A DNA stretch of 18,708 nucleotides from PVC group bacterium (GTDB lineage: Bacteria > GCA-001730085 > JADFSZ01). The position numbers were made by a program, and so were the translations under genes. Each line of letters begins with the position of its first letter. Position 1 is the first letter of the stretch. Shown piece by piece: positions 17,256-18,708 of this stretch. The stretch is from contig JADFSZ010000009.1 in the NCBI GenBank assembly GCA_022560555.1, forward strand, positions 1 through 18,708. Reading direction: 5' to 3'. A model generated the notes under the pieces. It worked only from the letters and a program-made list of their open reading frames with translations. It ran no database searches and had not been told where the DNA came from.

Positions 17256-18125
17256 ATGGAATATGACATCATCTCGGATATGCTTGAACGTGTTGAATGT
17301 GACACAAACGAACTCGATCATGTTAAACCGTCAAGGGACTATCTTGGATTTTATGGTTTGGAAAAAGAACCTTTTCGTGACTCAATAGACCCAACGTTTT
17401 TTTATAGGACGAAGTCACATGAAGAGGCCTACACAAGAATGATGTTTACCGTAGAGCACGATATTTCTCTCGGGATGATTCATTCCAAGAGTGGTATGGG
17501 AAAAACGCTGCTGTCACAAATGATTCTGACAAACCTTAATGAATCAAAATACTTCTCCCGCTTGATACTCATTTCCCCGAAAATGTCACGCTCAGGGATT
17601 CTCTCGGAAATCGTCTCGGAATTGGGACTTCTCGAGCAAGAGTCATCGTATCATATCAAGGACATGATTATCGCTATTCAAAACCTTGCCATTGATCTTT
17701 ACCATCAGAACAAAAAGCTTGTCCTCCTTATTGATGAGGCCCACTTTTTAACAGCGGATGCCCTTCATATCCTAAGGACATTGACAAATATCGAAGTTCC
17801 AGAACGAAAATTAGTTACTTGTATTTTATTCGCGGAAAATAGTTTAGCGAAACGTTTAAAAAAAGAAACGTATGATTCGATTCGAAGCCGCATGTATCAT
17901 TGTCATGAGTTAAGACCTTTAAGCGAAAAAGAGACGATCCAATACATGAAATACAGGATTCTGATGAGCGGTGGGGATGAAGGATTATTTACTCCGGAGC
18001 TCTATAAGCAAATGGCCGAGAAAAGTCAAGGTGTGTGCCGCGAAGTTAATAAAATGTGCAGCCTGGCCCTTTATGACGGCTTTATCACAGAGACGAACCC
18101 CTTAGACATAGACATCCTGGGATAA
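17256..18125 (+). CDS. ExeA/GspA/MshM-like AAA ATPase (AAA_22 type), soluble form
   Basis: 289 aa. N-terminal YLGFYGLEKEPF...DPTFFYRTKSHEEA matches the ExeA family. Walker A SKSGMGKT, Walker B LVLLIDEAH. No TM or peptidoglycan-binding domain. Strong RBS AAGGAGGAAGGA just upstream. Confidence 0.85.
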   Translation: MEYDIISDMLERVECDTNELDHVKPSRDYLGFYGLEKEPFRDSIDPTFFYRTKSHEEAYTRMMFTVEHDISLGMIHSKSGMGKTLLSQMILTNLNESKYFSRLILISPKMSRSGILSEIVSELGLLEQESSYHIKDMIIAIQNLAIDLYHQNKKLVLLIDEAHFLTADALHILRTLTNIEVPERKLVTCILFAENSLAKRLKKETYDSIRSRMYHCHELRPLSEKETIQYMKYRILMSGGDEGLFTPELYKQMAEKSQGVCREVNKMCSLALYDGFITETNPLDIDILG

Positions 18126-18304
18126 TGTCGAAGACCTCTATTCGATATAGCAAAACCCACTTACGGATGAAAACAAAGAAACCCGATCTGAAAACTGCCC
18201 TGAAATCGACGTCTCGTTATCACTCAAGCGAAGTTAGAGCGGAGGAAATGCAAATTCTTTCAGAATCGGTCCTACCTCGAAAGCTCCCGAAAACGTCCAC
18301 ATAG
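18125..18304 (+). CDS. Hypothetical small basic protein (59 codons), translationally coupled to the ExeA-like gene
   Basis: Absent from the ORF track. Its ATG at 18125 shares one base with the upstream TAA (TAATG). My translation: MSKTSIRYSKTHLRMKTKKPDLKTALKSTSRYHSSEVRAEEMQILSESVLPRKLPKTST, ending at TAG 18302-18304. K/R/S/T-rich with no hydrophobic segment and no recognisable family, so it could be non-coding. Confidence 0.35.
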   Translation: MSKTSIRYSKTHLRMKTKKPDLKTALKSTSRYHSSEVRAEEMQILSESVLPRKLPKTST

Positions 18305-18359
18305 CCTCAAAAATTCTCACCGAGGCTTCTTGGGAGGAGTATTTTCCTTGACAGAGCCT

Positions 18360-18387
18360 TTGCTTTTTACGAAGCCTATGGTAAAAT
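18360..18387 (+). promoter_or_regulatory. Candidate promoter with extended -10 (TTGCTT-N16-TGgTAAAAT) for trkA
   Basis: TTGCTT at 18360-18365 and TAAAAT at 18382-18387, preceded by TG at 18379-18380. About 70 nt upstream of the trkA ATG, which has its own AAGGA RBS at 18448-18452. Confidence 0.35.
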
Positions 18388-18460
18388 CTTTCCGTTATTG
18401 ATCTTATGACGATTTTAAGCGGATTGAAGTGATGCCGGACCAAAACCAAGGAAAAATGAA

Positions 18461-18708
18461 ATGAATATTTTAATCATTGGGGCCGGAAGTATCGGATCCT
18501 CCTTAGCCGAAGAATTGAGTCGTGAAGATGACAATGTCGTTGTCATTGATACAGACGAAAAGCTTTGTGAAAATCTCAACGAAAAGATGGATCTTCTTAC
18601 TATCCCGGGAGATGCCACGAGTCCCGCCGTCTTGGAGATTGCGGGAATAAGAAAAACCGATGTTATGATTGCCCTGACAAGTAGTGATGAAGTGAATATC
18701 CTCGTATG
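18461..18708 (+). CDS. trkA: Trk-type K+ transport NAD-binding protein TrkA, N-terminal fragment (runs off window)
   Basis: Absent from the ORF track because no stop lies within the window. My translation: MNILIIGAGSIGSSLAEELSREDDNVVVIDTDEKLCENLNEKMDLLTIPGDATSPAVLEIAGIRKTDVMIALTSSDEVNILV. This is the Rossmann GxGxxG of a TrkA_N/RCK domain. Confidence 0.9.
   Translation, partial: MNILIIGAGSIGSSLAEELSREDDNVVVIDTDEKLCENLNEKMDLLTIPGDATSPAVLEIAGIRKTDVMIALTSSDEVNILV

Noticed and set aside
18236-18285. Local resemblance to c-di-AMP (ydaO-yuaA) riboswitch core strings upstream of trkA: AGAGCGGAGGAA (18236-18247) versus the AGAGCGGGGGA element, and GAAUCGGUCCUACCUCGAAAGC (about 18263-18285) versus GAAUCCGUCAGCUAACCUCGUAAGC. 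This was tempting because c-di-AMP riboswitches often precede K+ transporter genes.
   Set aside because: The two elements are only ~15 nt apart, whereas the real motif needs the whole second pseudo-symmetric half between them. The highly conserved CAGCUAAC is broken by deletions. I cannot find a P1 partner strand. The region also lies upstream of the best trkA promoter candidate and inside the possible small ORF. An Infernal search with the Rfam ydaO-yuaA model would settle it, and I expect no significant hit.
18303-18327. Hairpin AGCCTC-N13-GAGGCT just after the small-ORF stop, as a possible intrinsic terminator.
   Set aside because: It has only a 6-bp stem and a 13-nt loop, and it is followed by TCTTGGG rather than a U-tract. 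That is too weak to call.
18348-18353. A perfect TTGACA hexamer as the -35 element for trkA.
   Set aside because: Its spacing to the nearest -10-like hexamers is 23 nt (TATGGT) or 28 nt (TAAAAT), which is too long. TTGCTT at 18360 with a 16-nt spacer and an extended -10 fits better.
18234-18449. A 71-aa minus-strand ORF (TTG start) spanning the intergenic region before trkA.
   Set aside because: It has a weak start codon, no visible RBS and no recognisable motifs. It runs antisense through the candidate promoter and the + strand small ORF, and it would be the only minus-strand gene in the window.
194-18618. Numerous minus-strand and off-frame ORFs in the track, such as 194-583(-), 931-1344(+), 3131-3472(-), 8199-8615(-), 9309-9602(-), 9584-9898(-), 16151-16618(-), 16462-16845(-) and 18415-18618(-).
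   Set aside because: Each lies entirely within a longer + strand ORF that has clear family motifs. Their translations are low-complexity or Arg/Ser/Pro-rich with no recognisable motifs, which is typical of shadow ORFs. Those at 9309-9898 arise from the purine-rich run.
1-18708. I looked for CRISPR repeats, tRNA/rRNA, IS/transposase or integrase genes, terminal inverted repeats, toxin-antitoxin pairs and known defence-system hallmarks.
   Set aside because: I found none. There are no repeated spacer-repeat units, no tRNA-like T-arm (GGTTCGAATCC-type) strings in the gaps, and no recombinase or nuclease motifs beyond xthA. The window reads as core chromosome rather than a mobile island.

Overview
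All credible genes in this 18.7-kb window are on the + strand and tightly packed. There are eight start/stop overlaps and only two intergenic gaps over 100 nt (15934-16066 and 18305-18460), each with a sigma70-like promoter. I read three blocks. (i) 11-7449 is a lipid-linked glycan/envelope locus: a GT-C-like membrane glycosyltransferase, a GT4 glycosyltransferase, a WecA/MraY-family phosphosugar transferase, a Wzy_C/O-antigen-ligase-like protein with C-terminal TPRs, type II dehydroquinase aroQ, a UPF0104/LPG-synthase-TM flippase-like protein, and a 59-aa Trm112/YcaR zinc ribbon missing from the ORF track. (ii) 7459-15933 holds exonuclease III followed by a Bat-type aerotolerance-like cluster (VWA BatA/B-like, TPR BatC-like, BatD, TPR+SH3 BatE-like). 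This cluster has no MoxR/DUF58 genes next to it and is translationally coupled to a permease-ATPase-permease ABC-2 transporter plus an orphan membrane-anchored protein. (iii) 16041-18304 is a separately promoted module: a MerR-HTH::MinD/FlhG fusion ATPase, a soluble ExeA-like AAA ATPase, and a coupled 59-codon basic ORF missing from the track. The window ends in the 5' part of trkA. I saw no rRNA, tRNA, CRISPR, transposase/integrase or large repeats. Blocks (ii) and (iii) are the best candidates for undescribed biology. All family calls come from motif recognition by eye; no database search was run.
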